Below are positions 36,909-51,149 of a stretch of 64,000 nt of DNA, in pieces. The stretch spans positions 1 to 64,000 of the forward strand of contig CAUYUJ010000096.1 in NCBI GenBank assembly GCA_963575745.1, given 5' to 3'. Below the pieces are notes generated by a model, which was given only the letters and a program-made list of their open reading frames with translations, had not been told where the DNA came from and did no database searches. Source of the DNA: Prorocentrum cordatum (lineage: Eukaryota). Made by a program: the position numbers and the translations under genes. Position 1 is the first letter of the stretch. Each line of letters starts with the position of its first letter.

Positions 36909-38683
36909 ACATGTACCATGCATTCCTGAGGGTATAGACTAGTGCATGTAAAATCTGTAGCCCTGATGGCTGTGCGCCCAATGCCGCCCGAAACATGTGC
37001 GGACGCGTGCAACGACAACATCTTCGACAAGCTTCGGCGAGGTGCTCCGCCCACGTTATCTCTCGTCCCATCCTTCATCCGCTCATTGCCTGCCTCCCTC
37101 CTCCCTCTTCCTCTTTCGACCTCTTCCGTTTTCTCTCTCCCTTCCATCCTGTTATCCCCCTGTGGGCCCACACGAGATGGAAAAAACATGCTGCCAATAG
37201 AGCTGGTGAGCTCTGCAAAGCACTTGTCATTGGAGCTCTGCGACATCGATCAAGACAACTTGGACTAGGAGGGGAGGCGGCGGGGGAAAATGTGGAGGCG
37301 GAGAAGGGGCTTGCTGGCAATTCCAAGCACATGGAAATATGACGAACTGCATTATCCTTCTGGGAGGACAACGAACACGTCCTTGGGGAGACCCGACAGA
37401 GCAACTGGGCAAGATCAGTATCGACCAAAACTACAAGCACGCACAAAACACGCGCAAGTGTGCAAACACGCTTGGGACGCACGGAGTGCACGCACAACGG
37501 ATATGCAGATGCAAGGAATGATAATGTCGATTCTCCTCCATAGGCTATGCTCTACACCACTTGTTTGTCCTCCAACGCGTGGATATGCTGTGCTTTATTG
37601 TATCGTGCCCACGGCTTTCCATTTTGAATGCGCTCTGGACTTTTTCCGACTCATATCTTGATAACGATGCAGTCAATCACACCGACTGTCATGGATAGCA
37701 AAACCGATAAACTTAAGAAAAGTACCCGCGCCTAAGGAAGCCCTACATTCAGGAAAGAGGCAACCGATGATAAGAAGTTCGGCAACACTATTGGCAAGGT
37801 AAGGGCAATGGCAACCACAATTGTCTTGGACAGAATGGTGACAAAGCAATAGCGATACTGATCAAGATACCTACCGTCACCGCGCCACTCCATGGATTTG
37901 CCTTCGTGCACATTCTCGGCAACGGAAATGTTGCATGTGTCTGACCTGTGCGTCGCTAATGCATCTGTCCAATCTTGGGACTGACAACGAACAGAAAGTG
38001 TACGATACTGTCACGTGGACCCCAAATAATGACAAGGGGGCTGCCAACTTCAACAATGCCAGAAACGTATGGGCGGGACCTTGCTGTCAAGCACCAATGG
38101 GCATCGGCTCCCCCCCCGCGAAAAAGAGTCTCCATTGTCGATGGCTGGACCTCCACCAACACTGGACCCTGTTGGCGGGGACTTTTGGGCGGGATGCGCC
38201 TGGCAACCCTGAGATCCGACGCTGCGAAAAACTTGCAGCATCGCGAAAAACCACGAACGGAGCCCTGGACCCTATACTCTCTGGGGCAATTCTCGAAGCG
38301 GATCGATCTGTGAGGCTCAGTGGCCAGAAACGGAATGAAAACGGTGGTTGTGAACAAAAATGCCATGCCTGGCTCTCGGCGGGCCCCCCTTGGGCAAGAC
38401 CTCACGAGTGGAGCCCCTGTGGGCGGCGGCTGGACGCCCAGCAGCGCACGACCCCGTGGGCGGGTCCCCGAGAGCAGCGAGATCCTGCCGGCGACGGCTG
38501 GGCCACGCTGGCAACGGGACACTGGTGGCTGGGGGCACCGTTGGCACGATGCCGCGATGCGATGGCCAATCCCTGAGATTCGGGCGTTGTGATTCCCAAC
38601 CATCCTGTGGTGTTGGGTGGGTCCTCGTTTTGAAGAGACAGCGCCCCGCACCACTCCCCTCCTCTCCTCCTCCCTCCTCTTCT

Positions 38684-38722
38684 CATCATCGTTATCACTA
38701 TCATCATCATCATCATCACCAC

Positions 38723-38753
<31 letters not shown>

Positions 38754-38982
38754 GTCATCGTCATCGTCATCGTCATCATCCATCATCGTCATCGTCATCA
38801 TCATCATCATCAACAACGTCATCATCATCATCATCACCATCGTTATTGTCATCATCAGCATCATCATCATCATCGCCGTCATCATCATCATCATCATCGT
38901 CATCGTCGTCGTCATCATCATCATCGTCATCATCATCATCATCACCATCATCATCATCGTCGTCGTCGTCATCGTCGTCGTC
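38684..38982. repeat. (ATC/GTC)n microsatellite
   Basis: Directly visible. Confidence 0.95.
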
Positions 38983-40165
38983 ACACCAATTTCGGCACAC
39001 CCATCACACGTTTCGTGGCCCCATAGGGAGCTCCACCGAAGGCCCCAGCGGCGCAGCCCGCATGCGTCACGCACACACATTTCGGCACACGCCTCACACG
39101 TTTCGTGGCCCCATCGGGAGCTCCACCATAGGTCCCAGAGGCGCAGCCCGCATGCGTCACGCACACACATTCCGGCACACGCCTCACACGTTTCGTGGCC
39201 CCATAGGGAGCCCCACCGAAGGTCCCAGTGGCGCAGCCCGCATACGTCACGCACACACATTTTGGCACACCCCTCACACGTTTCGTGGCCCCATCGGCAG
39301 CTCCACCGAAGGCCCCAGCGGCGCAGCCCGCATGCGTCACGCACCCATACACACATTTTGGCACACCACTCACACGTCTCGTAGCCCCCTCGGGAGCTCC
39401 ACCGAAGGTCCCAGTGGCGCAGCCCGCATGCGCCACGCACACAAATTTCGGCACACCCCTCACACGTTTCGTGGCCCCATCGGCAGCTCCACCGAAGGCC
39501 CCAGCGGCGCAGCCCGCATGCGTCTCGCACCCATACACACACATTTTGGCACACCCCTGACACGTTTCGTAGCCCCCCAGGGAGCTCCACCGAAGGTCCC
39601 AGTGGCGCAGCCCGCATGCGTCACGCACACCGATTTCGGCACACCCCTCACACGTTTCGTGGCCCCATAGGGATCTCCACCGTAGATCCCAGAGGCGCAG
39701 CCCGCATGCGTCACGCACACAAATTTCGGCACACCCCTCACTCGGTTCTTGGCCCCAAAAGGAGCTCCACCGAAGGCCCCAGCGGCGCAGCCCGCATGCG
39801 TCACGCAAACCCATGTCGGCACACCTCTCACACGTTTCGTGGCCCAATAGGGAGCTCCACCGAAGGTCCCAGTGGCGCAGCCCGCATGCGTCACGCACAC
39901 CCATGTCGGCACACGCCTCACACGTTTCGTGGCCTCATAGGGAGCTCCACCGAAGGTCCCAGTGGCGCAGCCCGCATGCGTCACGCACACACATTTCGGC
40001 ACACGCCTCACACGCTTCGTGGCCCTATAGGGAGCTCCACCGAAGGTTCCAGAGGCGCAGCCCGCATGCGTCACGCAAACCCATTTCGGCACATCACTCA
40101 CACGTGACGTGGCCTCGTAGGGAGCTCCACCGAAGGCCCCAGTGGCGCAGCCCGCATGCGTCACG
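38983..40165. repeat. ~90-bp tandem minisatellite, 13 units
   Basis: Unit CACACGTTTCGTGGCCCCATAGGGAGCTCCACCGAAGG.CCCAG.GGCGCAGCCCGCATGCGTCACGCACAC...TTTCGGCACAC with 90-98 bp period. Confidence 0.95.
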
Positions 40166-41582
40166 CACACACACACACACGCACACGCACACGCACACAC
40201 ACAGACACACAGACACACAGACACACAGACACACACAGACACACAGACACACACACAGACACACAGACACACAGACACACACAGACACACACAGACACAC
40301 AGACACACAGACACACAGACACACAGACACACAGACACACAGACACACAGACACACAGACACACAGCACACACACGCACACACGCACACACGCACACACG
40401 CACACACGCACACACGCACACACGCACACACGCACACACGCACACGCACGCACACACACGCACACGCACGCACACACACGCACACACACGCACACACACA
40501 CGCACACACGCACACACACGCACACACACACGCACACACAAACACACGCAACACACAACACACAAAAAACACAACACACCAAAAACACGCACACGCACAC
40601 GCACACGCACACGCACACGCACACGCACACGCACAGGCACACGCACACGCACACGCAACACACACACGCACACGCACATGCACACAGACACAGACACAGA
40701 CACAGACACATACACACAACACACACAACACACACCACACACACAACACACAACACACACAGCACACACAACACACACAACACACACAACACACACAACA
40801 CACAGAACACACACAACACACACAACACACACAACACACACCACACACAACACACACAACACACACAACACACACAACACAGACAGCACACACACAGCAC
40901 ATACACAACACACGCAACACACAACACACAACACACACACACCACGCACAGAGCACACAACACACATAACACACATAACACACAGCACACACAGACACCA
41001 CACACACAACACACACAACACACACAACACACAACACACAACAAACACACACACACCACACACAACACACACAACACACACGCACACACCCAACACACAC
41101 AACACACACAACACACAACACACACAACACACACAACACACACACACCACACACAACACACACAACACACACAACACACCCAACACACACAGAACACACA
41201 CAACACACACAACACAAACACAANNNNNNNNNNNNNNNNNNNNNNNNNNNNNNNNNNNNNNNNNNNNNNNNNNNNNNNNNNNNNNNNNNNNNNNNNNNNN
41301 NNNNNNNNNNNNNNNNNNNNNNNCACAGACGCACAGACGCACAGACGCACAGACGCACAGACGCACAGACGCACAGACGCACAGACGCACAGACGCACAG
41401 ACGCACACACGCACACACGCACACACGCACACACGCACACACACACACGCACACACACAACACACACACAACACACAACACACAACACACAACACACCAC
41501 ACACCACACACCACACACAACACACAACACACAACACACAAGACACAACACACAACACACAACACACAACACACACACACAC
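40166..41582. repeat. CA-rich compound microsatellite containing a 100-N assembly gap (41224-41323)
   Basis: CACAGACA, CACACG and CACAA variant runs, plus the N run. Confidence 0.95.
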
Positions 41583-41915
41583 ACGTTTCGGCACACCTCT
41601 CACACGTTCCGTGGCCCCATAGGGAGCTCCACCGAAAGTCCCACTGGGAACGCCTGCAGGCGTCCGCCACACTCATTTCGGCACACTCCTCACACGTTTT
41701 GTGACGCTTCGTTGCCTTATGGCGAGCTCCACCGAATGCCACAGTGCCGCCGACCGCATGAGTCACGCACACCCATTTCGGCAGACCCCTTACAAGTTTC
41801 GTGGCCCCATAGGGAGCTCCACTGGAGGTCCCAGCCACCGCCCGCATGCGTCCGCCTCACCCACGTCGGCACACGCCTCACATGTTTCGTGGCCCCACGG
41901 GGAGCTCCACCGAAG
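41583..41915. repeat. Four more diverged units of the 90-bp minisatellite
   Basis: GAGCTCCAC anchors near 41624, 41724, 41813 and 41902. Confidence 0.9.
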
Positions 41916-44900
41916 ACGGTATTTACAAATGCGGTTCTCACAACTGCATATGGTTGGGTACTTCGCCAGGCATTTTTTTTGGGGGGTTGTCTTTTATCGC
42001 AGTCAAACATTTTCGCCTGGTGTTGGGCCCTGGAGCCATCACTGATCGATCCGGCTCGAAAAACTGCCGCAGAGAGATGGGGTCCAGGGCTTTAGGTCGC
42101 GCTCCTTCACGATGCCGCAAGTCCCACCGCGACGTCGGATCTCCGGGGAGCCCCGGGCGAGCACGGGGGGGCACCGCGTGCGGGACGACGGGTGGGCACC
42201 CGCCAGCACGGGACCCTGTGGGCGGGACCTCGCCGCCAGCCCCGATTTCTGGGCGTGCGATCCGCAGTCACCGCCAGGGCAGCAGCGGTCGCAGGGTGGA
42301 AGTGGCCGGATCTTTGCGCGCGTGCGTGTGATCGTGTGACCGTGTGCGGGTATCATGGTCCCCGCTGCTCTTGTGCACGACACGGGGTGCGCGAATCCGT
42401 CACGTAGGCATTCGGAACAACCCATGGGCACCCGACCCGAATTGCATATCGGCATCTTGCCCTTGCCTCAATATTGGCAAGGGCTTTGCACTATGGTCTC
42501 GGAACTCATCTTGACGGTGTGCTCAATTCTGACTTCTCGTTGAAGGGAGCCCCCCTGTACGAAGAGAGAAAAAGAAAGAGAGAGAGGGAGAGACAGAGAG
42601 GGGGGGGGGGAAAGAGAGAGAGAGAGAGAGAGACAGAGACAGGGAGAGGGGGGAGAGACTGATAGAGGAACTCTCGTGGAATAGCCGCAACCGCACGCTG
42701 CAAGGTTGCGGCAAGAACTGGGAAATAACGCATTGCAGAAGTGTAGCGGCCGGCTGCGGGAGGAGCCCTGCTCGTTCTGAGTATCTCGAACGCGATCGGC
42801 CCAAACCATCCTTATCCACTGCATGGGATCTTACCCTGTGCTTTTGCCCTCGGATTTTATGCTCGCCAAGCAGCTGTCAGGAAACACCTCTCGTCGAGCT
42901 AAACCTTCACGCTGAACACATAAAACAAGGGACGCCCAGGGGGACGTACGTAAACAAATGACAGTAAACAGCTGGTACCTACGTCGGCAACACATAATCC
43001 CACCAGCGCTCTGGGCGTATGTGGTTTAACGAATTTTGTCTTCTCCCTGCCAAAACCTTCCCTTCCCCTACCCACTCCCCTGGGTCTGGACGGGGCGCCC
43101 CGAGAGGGGTTAGAGCGTCCAACATGGCCCAAGATCGCTCCAAGAGGGCCTTAAAGAGTGCAAGATGGTCACCAGAATGACCCAAAATACCTCAAGACAG
43201 CTCAATATAGCCTCCGACAAACATCCAAGAGGCATCAAGACGGCCCCAAAACGGTTTCAAGTGCCCTCCGAGGCCTCCAAGGACCCGCCCAAGAGACCAG
43301 AGTGCCTCCCAAACCCAAGGAACATCAATGCTTTTGGCCTTCTCGCTTTTTCGCTTTCGACTGGCTCTTGAGGCCTCCAGGTAGCCCCACGACGGCCCCA
43401 GAGAGTCCGAAGAGGGGTCCAAGAGGACCCCAAGAGCGCCCAAGAGCGCTCCGAGAGCTCTTGAAGATGGCCCCAAGACGCCATTTTTGAGCCTCCCAGG
43501 TGGGGGGGGGCAACGTTTCCTACCCCCCGCCCTTCTGTTTGAGTCATGGGAGCCAAGGGGCCTCGCACACCCCTCCAATGAGCCCCAAGAGGGCCCCAAG
43601 ACCACCAAAATTAGCCCCACGAGGGACCCCCAGAGTGCCCCAAGAGGCCCCACGGATGCCCTAAGAGAGCCCCCTAACATGGCCTTCGTCGTCCATCAAG
43701 CAGCTCTCACAACAACATACCTCCAAAGCCCGACTTCCCATCCTCCTTGTCATCGTCCGTTCCTTAACTTCTCCTTTCCTGCCTCCTGCCTCCTCCTCCT
43801 CATCCTCCCCATGTTCCTCGAGCCGCATTCTTCCTCCTCCTCCTCCTCCTACTTCTCCTCCTCCTCGTCCTCCTCCTCCTCCTCCTCTTCGTCCCGCTCT
43901 TCCTCCTTCTCTCTTCTTCATGGTACTCCTCCTCCTCCTCCTCCTCCTCCCCCTCCTCCTCCTACTCCCAAGATGGCCCCAGGAGGTCAAGCATGGCTCA
44001 TTATAGCCTCCGACAGACCTCCCAAAGGCCTAAAAACAGCCCCAAAACGGTCCAAGATAGCTGACCATGTCTCAAGATAACCTCCTGCACCCTCTAGCCT
44101 AACATGGCCCACTATAGCCTCCAAGATGCCTCACGCCAGCCTCCGATTGTGTCTGGATGAGCTGGAGGGGATAGGATAAATGTCAAGAATCGCAATACCG
44201 TGCTGGAGCTCTGTGGGTTTGCGCAAAGAAAACCACAGAACCGCTCGACCCCGCACATTGACTACCGACGATTTCTTTCGAGGCGCACCTCTCCGCAAGC
44301 TGGCAACCGAACGAACACCTGCCTTCTCACGCCCAAGTGTGCTCGTTGAGCCGCCTCCCCAACTGTCTTTTGAAGCATGGCCGTGCAACGTGCTGAATCG
44401 CCCCCCCCCCCCTCCACGACCAGCCAGCCCAAGCCTGTGGAGGCCGTACACTTCTGTAATTGTCCAAGGCAGGCGGCTCACGGCATTTCACAGCGCTAAA
44501 CAATTCACAACGATGCATCAGCAGCGCGCTGAGGCGCTGTGGGCGCTGCAGCGGAGCTCCTGCATTGCATCGTGCTATCGCTGTCTGGCTACCAGCATGA
44601 TTCATAACTTCTCTTCCTCCGCCTCTTTGTCCTCCACGTTCAACCCTCTTCTCTTCCGCCATATGGCCGGACGAGATGATAGACACCACATCAATCCATG
44701 TAGCATGTGCTGGCGAGCCGCTACATTCCGTCTGTTGCTCATGGGCAACTGTACTCTACTGATCGGTTCGGACCCGTGTTGAAGACCACAGCGACTCATG
44801 CTGCGTGCTGCTTGCGGCTGCTGCTCGTTGCTGCTGTTTGCTGCTTGCGGCTGCTGCTTGCTGTTTCCACTTGCTGCTCTAGTTGCGCGCCGATCTACTT

Positions 44901-46723
44901 GGCGATGCTGGCTGCCAGTGGACGCTGCCACTGCTGTTGCCGCAGGCCGCGGGATTCCTGTGCAAATCTGCACAAGATCTCGGAGAGCAAGATTGGCGGA
45001 GACGGGGCTCGGCGAACATAACGCGGAACGGAGCAGCATCGCCTCTGAGAGGACAAGCATGCTAGCGGCACGGAAGGGCGGATGCAACAGAATACGGCAG
45101 AACACAACATCTGAGGGGTTGCATGGGCAGCGCAACTGCCCGCGCGGCCCCGCGGCTTGATGCGTGCTGCTGTCGCGCGTTGCCACTTGCTGCTGAATTA
45201 TGATGATTGCTGACGCTCGCTGCTGCGTGCAATTTCTTGCTGCTGCTTGCCGCTGCCTTCGGCTGTTCGCTGCCGGCAGCGGCGTCTTGCTGCTTTTTGC
45301 GGCTGCTCGCCGCTGTTAGCTGCCGATCACTGCCGTGTGTTGCTGTCTGCTGCGGCATGTTGCTTGTGATTGCTGCTGCCAAAAGCTGATGGCTGGCCGC
45401 TGATTGTCCCTTCCGTGTGCCGTCTCTGATGCTTCCCCTACTGCTGCTTGAAGGTCTTGAAGTCCGCCCGTCGGGCGGCGGGGGAGTTGGATCTAATGGG
45501 GACCTCTTGAGACACTCTGGAGTGCTCTTTGGATCACCTTGGACACTCGGGCTGCCCTGGGGTTGGGAACGGGTGTAGATGTCTTGGGGTCCCCTTTCGG
45601 GCAAGACGCGGGCCATCTTGGAACTAACTGGACGTTTCTTGGGTCGAACATTGGGTCCTTGCTTCGCTCTCGTGGGAACTGCCTTGGGGGCATCTTGGAG
45701 GCCGGCCTGGGCTGTCTGGGGTAATCTTGTGGAAGTCTCAGGCGCTCTTCTGCACTTTTTGGGCTCTCTTCCAGGCCTTCGTGGAGCCGTCTGGAACTGT
45801 AGAGTGGAGAAGACCAAACACGCCTGAAAGCCCACGCAAGAGTGACGATCTTCATCTCTTGGGGGCCTTGCACAGTGCCATCTTGGACGCACTTGGGGGA
45901 ACGTGAACGCCATGTGGCTCTGTTTGGCGGCTGTGGGCGGCCCGGGCACGTCATGGTGGTCATTCGGTTGTGGCGCCCTCCTCACACGCTGGTGGAATAA
46001 ACACTCCAAGACAGATGACATCGGGATACGGTTGTGCCTGTATCTCAATCGAGGCACTGAGGTCCGCTGCCACTTCCCGCCCAGAAGCGCCGTGCCCGAA
46101 AAGGTTCGGTTTCACTTTCGCCTCCCGCGCCTGGCCCATCGGCGCCACAGCAATGGCAACGAGATCGCCTAGACTGGCTTTGGAGCCCACTTGAGACGCT
46201 TCGCACAAGAAATGAAGCGCTGCGCTCTTCAGCTGTCCTCCTAACCCGATGGCCGATTCGAAAAAAATAAGCACCGTGGCCTGATTCTCGACGGAGGATT
46301 GACAACCGAAGGGTTCCTGCACCACGATGACCCCAACTTTCGTTTATCATCCACCCTTCCTCCGCCCTCCTACCTTTGGCCTCCTCCCTCCTCCCGCCTT
46401 CTTCATAGTCCCTCCCCCTGACACTTCTCTCCCAAATGCCGTCGCCCCTCCCTTCACACCCTTCGCTCCTCCCTCCCCTCATTTCCCGCCTCATCCCTCC
46501 CTTCTCTTCCTGCCCACCTTTCACCACTTGATCATGGATGTTGCGCTGTGGAATCGAAGCGCCCCCCTCTCCCCCTCCCTCCTCTTCGTCTTCCTCCTCT
46601 CCCTTCCCTTCTCCCCTCCTCTTCCTTCTCCTCCCCCTTCTTCCTCCGCCGCCTTCTCCTCCTCCTCTTCCTCCTCGTCGTCGTCGTCGTCCTCCTCCTC
46701 CTCACGTCCCAGCGTGCGCACCC

Positions 46724-46968
<245 letters not shown>

Positions 46969-47220
46969 CAATATAACTACAGAGAGATAATCACTGTTTG
47001 CGTGAATTTTTTCCAAGAGTCCAGCGTCCACCACTAGACTGTGACCATCACCATGGCTGCGAGCGTCGCGTGGGCCGTAGTGATCCCTGGATAGGCTCCA
47101 GCCCGAGACGGCAGCGGCGCAGCACGTGCGAACGAAGACAGGACAATAAACGAGCGGGGAGAGGGATATATAGAAGGAACATGCGGATTTATGGGCGGGT
47201 GATCTCTATATATATATATA

Positions 47221-47251
<31 letters not shown>

Positions 47252-47391
47252 TATATATTACCTCCAGTCTTCTCGCGCGCGAGATGGGGGGGGGGGCGCT
47301 GCTCCCGGGTGCAGCCAGGTGACCGTTCGCGCAGGCAAGCGCACGAGAAGGGCGGGCGCAGGATAGATACATGGGGATGACAGAGGGAGAT

Positions 47392-47479
47392 ATATTCCCT
47401 CCAGCCACGTTAACTGTCCGAGAGGAGGGAGGGCCGTTTTCTGGCGACGACCGTGAGCACAGCCGCAGGCTCTCCGCCC
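47392..47479 (-). repeat. Split direct repeat B2 (88 bp)
   Basis: Identical by eye to 47711-47798. Confidence 0.95.
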
Positions 47480-47596
47480 GCGTCGAGGGTCACTCCAAGG
47501 CGCGGGGTTGGCACCCGAACGACCCTCCGACTGACGGAAGGGCCGGTGGGGCGCGGCTTCATTAAAACGAGATGTGGGGTGGGAGGTGGAAAAAAG

Positions 47597-47798
47597 CACA
47601 GCTCTAAGCACAGAAGGCTGCGGAAGAGGGGAAAGGAAGGAGGAGGGGGAAGCCTGAGCACTACGGCCTAGGGGGGAATATAACCGTTTAGGCTTTGGCC
47701 AAACGAAACCATATTCCCTCCAGCCACGTTAACTGTCCGAGAGGAGGGAGGGCCGTTTTCTGGCGACGACCGTGAGCACAGCCGCAGGCTCTCCGCCC
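47597..47798 (-). repeat. Internal B1-A2 junction (A2 47597-47713, B1 47711-47798)
   Basis: A2 matches 60700-60816 with 5 mismatches counted. A2 and B1 overlap at ATA. Confidence 0.95.
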
Positions 47799-48350
47799 AC
47801 GCCCGTACCGGGCCGCTCCCTCCGAGAAAAAGGCCCCCCCCCTGCGCGCCACGCGCGCGGGCGGCTGGAGCCCGGCAAAAAGGAGGGGGTCGATCGCACG
47901 ACTAGCCGCGAGCCGGCTCCCCAGCCAAGCTCACCCCGCGCAAGACCCTGGGTGCCAAGCGCACTAATCACAGTAGCGCGGCACCGCAACTAGCTGCAGC
48001 TGCAGAGGGGTAACGCGAATACTAGAAACAGTATTGCGGAAAACAGAAACCGCACCTCCGGGGGCACTGCGGGGCGGGGCTTACAGCAACTGGGCACCGT
48101 CGAAAACAGCGGGTTCCCCCAGATTGGAGCCCGAGGGGTTCGCAAGGCCGCCAGCTTGGTGCCAGCTGCTTGCGGGAAACAGGCATACGGTGAGGGGGTA
48201 ACACCCCTCCGCTTACTCATGCTACGGCCAGCCCGCCATGGCTTCCACGGGCATCCCCCCGCCCCAGCTTTCCGTCCCGCCACCGGGCGGGGCGGGGAGG
48301 GGGCTCGCGCGGCAGGAGGACAAAGCTGCTCCCGCTGGGACTCCTCCGGG

Positions 48351-49470
48351 TCAGCCGCGCGCGTGGTATTCTTCCGGGGGCTCCTCCCGGAACTTGACCC
48401 GCTCCCCTTCCTTCTCGGGTGGGGTCTGCCCCAGGCGGTTCGAGCTTCCCAAGGTGAGGTTGTAGTTCTGGGCGGACATCGCCTCCGAGAGGCTTTTCTG
48501 GGGTTCGTGCGCCTCCCGGAGGTACGCGTGGAAGGCGCCCGACCTCCACCTCCCGAACCGCTTGAGCCGCTCCAGGTCTGGTATGGCGTGGTACATAGCC
48601 GTGGCGCCTCCGATCCTCAGGGAGTGGCTCCCGATGTGCGAGGGATGTATCCCCGCCGCCTTCGCCGCCTGGCCCAAGAGGTCGGTGATGTCTTTCCGCC
48701 GGATGGGGTTCCCATCCCCGTCTCGGAAGAGAGGGGGGTCTCCCTCCGAGGTCCACCGCTGGGGCGCCAACCTCTCCAGCTCGGCGAGGGCTCCGACAGG
48801 GCAAAGGGGGTTGCCCGTGGCGTAGTGGTTGCGGCAGCATCCGAAATTGTACTAGTCGGTCTTGCTCCCCTTGATGTAGATAACCACCTCGTCCGCGGAC
48901 GCGAAGGTGGGGCAGACCGCGCCCTCCCTCCTCGGGGTGGCATCTCTCCCGAAGAGGACCCGCTCCGCCGCCCAATCCCTACCCCCGGAGGTGTCGGCGA
49001 GGTACTCGGAGGCGCGCAACATAAAGAAGAAGGCGGTGGTGAGGGCGGCCCAGGCGGCCGCGTCTCCTACCCTCCCGGTGTCCAACTTTCCCCTTAACCA
49101 GTGCATCGTCTCAATGGTGACAGGGTACTTCCGGTTCTGCTTGGCGCCCATCCTCCTTTGCCCCCCCAGCGCCAGCGCGAGCCTGGGGGCCAGCTCCAGA
49201 GGGTCCGGGTATCCCGCCGCGATATGATAGTGGCGGACCGCCATCAGCTTTCCCCGGATCGCCCCCTCCGAGCGATGCTGGACGTGGGCCAGGTGGGCGA
49301 TCCAGTCCAGGAGCACGTCCTCATCCTGCCGCCGGCCCTCCCTCCCCAGCCCCGTGAGGAGCGGACTCCCGCCCCGGGCTTTGAGGAAAAGGCACCGCTG
49401 CCTCCATGCCACGGCGTAAGAGGTGCGCGTCCCCTTTGCGAGGTTCCCGAAGATGAGGCTGTCCCGTAGG
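48351..49470 (-). pseudogene. Tyrosine recombinase, interrupted by one in-frame TAG (48852-48854)
   Basis: LAKGTRTSYAVAW (N-terminal domain), FFFMLRASEY, IKGSKTD*, LCPV, HSLRIGGATA, FGRWRSGAFHAY. ORFs 48852..51605 and 48351..48770 share a frame. Confidence 0.92.
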
Positions 49471-50019
49471 CGCTCCCTCTCGTCCGCCAGGTGGCCTCCC
49501 CCAATCTGGGGTTGCCCCCCCTCCGCCGTCAGCAGAGGGCACTGGGGCCCCGCCTGGGCCTGGGGTTTCCGGCCGCGAGGCGCCGCCGTGAGCGTCCCCA
49601 TGACCTCCTCCTCCTCCTCCTGGGCGAGGCGCCTCAGGCGCGGGCTCCTTGCCCCCCTCTCGGTCCACGTCGTCCCCGTCGGGGGGGCGGTGCTGGAGGG
49701 GGCGAAGGAGTCCCCAATCCCCCGCGTCCGGGGCCCCGGCAAAGGGGGAGCGGGCCCCGCCAAGTGGGGGCCGCCCAGCAGGCCTGCACCTCCGCTCTGC
49801 GGGGCCCCTCCGGGTGGCCCCCCAGCCCGGGCCCCGCGAGCCTCTCGGAGCCACCGCTCGTAAGCCGTCCGGGGGTCCTCGGGGTTAGCCTTCCAGGCGC
49901 TGAACCACGTCGCGTTGGCCGCGGCCATGAAGTCCTCATCAGGGTCTCGGCACACCCCTGCCCGGGCTCCCTCCGCGAGGAGGCCCTCCCTCGCGCTGGC
50001 CGCTGCCCACAGCGCTTGG

Positions 50020-50950
50020 TGTGCGGAGACGGGCGGCATGGGGCGGGCGGCACCCATGAGGAGCACCTCCTCAGGTACCCCCGCACGGGTTCCCTCCCTC
50101 CAATCGTGAAGGAGGCCCCCGGAAATCTGCCAGGCCTCCTTGGGATCGAAGCGCCTCACCCGAGGGGTGCCATCCCCCCGCGTGTCTTCCAATAGCACGG
50201 GGTAGTGCCCGGAGACTTCGTCAGGGTGCCAGAGTGGGTAGTCAGGCCCGCTGCTCATCGGGCTAAGGATGACCCTGACGTCTCCCTCCGACTCCCGGGT
50301 GCTCTTCCAGGTCCCGGCCGCCTGGAGGGCGGTGGGGCGCCCTCCCTCCCCGCGGTCGGCCCTCTCAGGGACCTTGAAGTGGCGCCAGTGGGCCCTTCCC
50401 TCCTCCTCCTGCATGTAGAGCTCCGGGGGGGCCGCCTCGGGCGTTAGCAAGGCGCTACTGAGGTTCAGTGGGGCCAATCGCTCGCTCCGCCGCAGGAGTG
50501 CGAGTGCGGCGCCCCCCCAGTTCCCCCCGTCTCTCCAGGCCAGGAGGAGGCGGCGTGACCTTGCGCACCGGTCCCCAAGGAGGTGGGTGTGCACTACGCC
50601 TTCCGCAGTGTCGTACCCACCCTCCTGCAGGTCCTCGCGGGCTTCTCCCAGATCCTGGTCCAGGGGTCCGTCCAGCACGACGAAGGTGGCGGCGTGGGAG
50701 AGCGCGTACCGCACGAAGTAGAGGGCCTCTCGGCCGGTGGGGTCGCTGCCACCGGAGCAGGTGACCCAAGTCTCCTTCACCGCGGTCCTGGCCCGCCCGG
50801 CCCGGTCGGCCACGAGTCGATTCTGGTGGACCTCCCACCAGGGGTGGCTCACAGCTGAACCGGGATTGGGGGTGGTGGCTCCGATCCGTGCCCCCATCTC
50901 CCCGGCCACCCGGCAGTAGGGGGAGAGGGTCGCACGCCACTCGAAGACCT
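50020..50950 (-). pseudogene. Second, degenerate C5-methyltransferase-like domain
   Basis: FVVLDGP, LQEGGY...HTHLLGDRCARSRRLLL (motif VIII-like), VRRFDPKEAWQISG (motif IX-like), MGAARPMPP. No PC motif. Confidence 0.5.
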
Positions 50951-51149
50951 GCGCCCCGGCCAAGGGTCCGGCGGGCGGTCCCCGCGCCCGGCGGCGCTCC
51001 ACCAGCTGGTAGGCCAGCCGGCGTCCCTCCTCCGAGTCTCCAGGGAGGACCAAAGGGCGGCCTCTCTCCGCCCCCGCGAGCACTTCCCTCCAGGGTCCCT
51101 TGAGGTCGATCTCCTCCAAGCCGAGGCGGTTCATCTCCTCTTGGACTAC

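Noticed and set aside
37490..37950. Hydrophobic - strand frame resembling a membrane protein
   Set aside because: Multiple stops and no recognisable family.
38983..40165. Regular ~90-bp periodic array as CRISPR
   Set aside because: Whole units repeat with no unique spacers and no cas genes. It is a minisatellite.
37956..42095. Long ORFs (436-795 aa) rich in C/V/H/T
   Set aside because: They are translations of satellite and CA repeats, and some read through the N gap.
45950..46260. Possible transposase C-terminal remnant on the - strand
   Set aside because: Resemblance too weak, with no DDE motif seen.
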